Shown: piece by piece, positions 63,070-64,000 of the stretch
How positions within the stretch are numbered: the stretch's first letter is position 1
Layout: each line of letters starts with the position of its first letter
Assembly (NCBI GenBank): GCA_030704615.1
Contig: CM060731.1
Span: 90,830,001 to 90,894,000 of the forward strand
DNA from: Takakia lepidozioides
Lineage: Eukaryota; Plantae; Bryophyta
DNA length: 64,000 nucleotides
Direction: 5' to 3'
Program-made: the position numbers and the translations under genes
Notes under the pieces: model-generated
The model's input: the letters and a program-made list of their open reading frames with translations, nothing else
What the model was told of the DNA's origin: nothing
The model's database searches: none

Positions 63070-64000
63070 AGATACCTCAGGTATCTGAATATCCATCAAG
63101 TCAAACTGCTGGCATGCTGCGTGGTTTTTGACAGTGGAAACTGCCTCTATTCCACCATTCACACTCTCAACTCTCCCTCCATATCGTGACAACATTGATG
63201 ATGCCACCTTTCGGTTGACCGCATTGTCATCCACCTGCAAACAACAGCATGACATTATTAAAGATGAGAGAAAAAATGAAATGAAATGGAACTTCATAAC
63301 GTCCGCAGAAAGCTCAAAGGGCATATGGGACAAAAGCAAGATTCTATCATCAAGGAGAACTAGGAATGTCTCACGATAGAAATGGCGTTTTGTTGTTAGA
63401 GTGGCCAGCTTCCATGTTCGCCTGACATGAAGTTCCATAAGTTCTCTTCTGATGAGTCTGTTTCGATCCTGTTCGGACGTGATTTCCACCCCTTCTGTAT
63501 TTTGTGGCAGTAGGGAAGCAACAGAGAGTCTATTGCAAAAAAGAAAAGAAGATTTAAGTGCGTTCCTAACAGGCCCAAGGACAGAACAGAATAAAGACAC
63601 AGAGAGATCCACAGATGCATGACCCCCAAAATAAAGATTGCCCAATATGCTCAGTGGTGAGAACATTTTTCCATCCTTCAGCAAAGTGTCTACTGCATGT
63701 GCAATGGTCAAGGCAAAGAATAAACTCAGCAACATACCAAAAATAACCTCTTTCCAGCGAGCATCTTGGAATCAACATTTGCTTTCGCTGAAGAGGGCTG
63801 GAGCTGCATCCCCAAGGCCTGTAGCAAGCCAAATGCCAGAATTGAAAGCCGGAGTGGCTTTTGCACAGTGAATGTAAGCCCGGCTACCTCAAGTTCTTTT
63901 TGGCCATCGCTACTGAGCAGCAATGAGAGAGCCACCAGAGTCGCAAGACCAGGCTCCTTACGAACCAATCGAGCCAAGGCCAGAGCAGATGAGAGATCGA
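63070..64000 (-). pseudogene. C-terminal receiver-domain exons of a hybrid histidine kinase (cytokinin-receptor AHK/CHK-like), possibly degenerate; runs off the window
   Basis: VDDNAVNRKVASSMLSRYGGRVESVNGGIEAV...FDLMDIQIPE at ~63075-63234. It lacks residues of the usual FD(L/A)xxMDIQMPE, and no clean terminal exon was seen. Confidence 0.55.

Overview
Eukaryotic land-plant nuclear DNA with GT-AG introns. PLS-type PPR fragments and the TE content suggest a seed-free plant such as a fern, which is an inference. Host genes: an uncharacterised, probably plastid-targeted gene (14.0-15.9 kb), intronless OST3/OST6 (18.8-19.8 kb, minus), ABC1K8/OSA1 (54.2-62.4 kb), a cytokinin-receptor-like receiver fragment at the right edge and a decayed OSB(PDF-motif)/PPR gene. 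Between them is a nest of mobile elements: a non-autonomous LTR element, a Penelope-like RT, a Crypton-like tyrosine-recombinase element, an apparently intact CACTA transposase, a decayed Ty3/Gypsy element and LINE fragments. The main finding is an 11.1-kb Mutator-like DNA transposon (25773-36911) with imperfect TIRs and a 9-bp TSD; three partial copies lie elsewhere in the window. It carries a GCM/Zn-DDE-SWIM transposase and, divergently, a ~9-exon gene fusing a ParB/Srx-like domain to a bacterial-type beta-class N4C/N6A DNA-methyltransferase-like domain. Two introns of that gene hold about 12 copies of a 22-bp palindrome (TGAATGTCGTYAACGACATTCA) spaced ~100 bp apart, resembling parS sites. 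This suggests a self-targeting ParB/parS-like methylation or anti-silencing module on a plant transposon; that function is a hypothesis. All exon boundaries and identities were read by eye.
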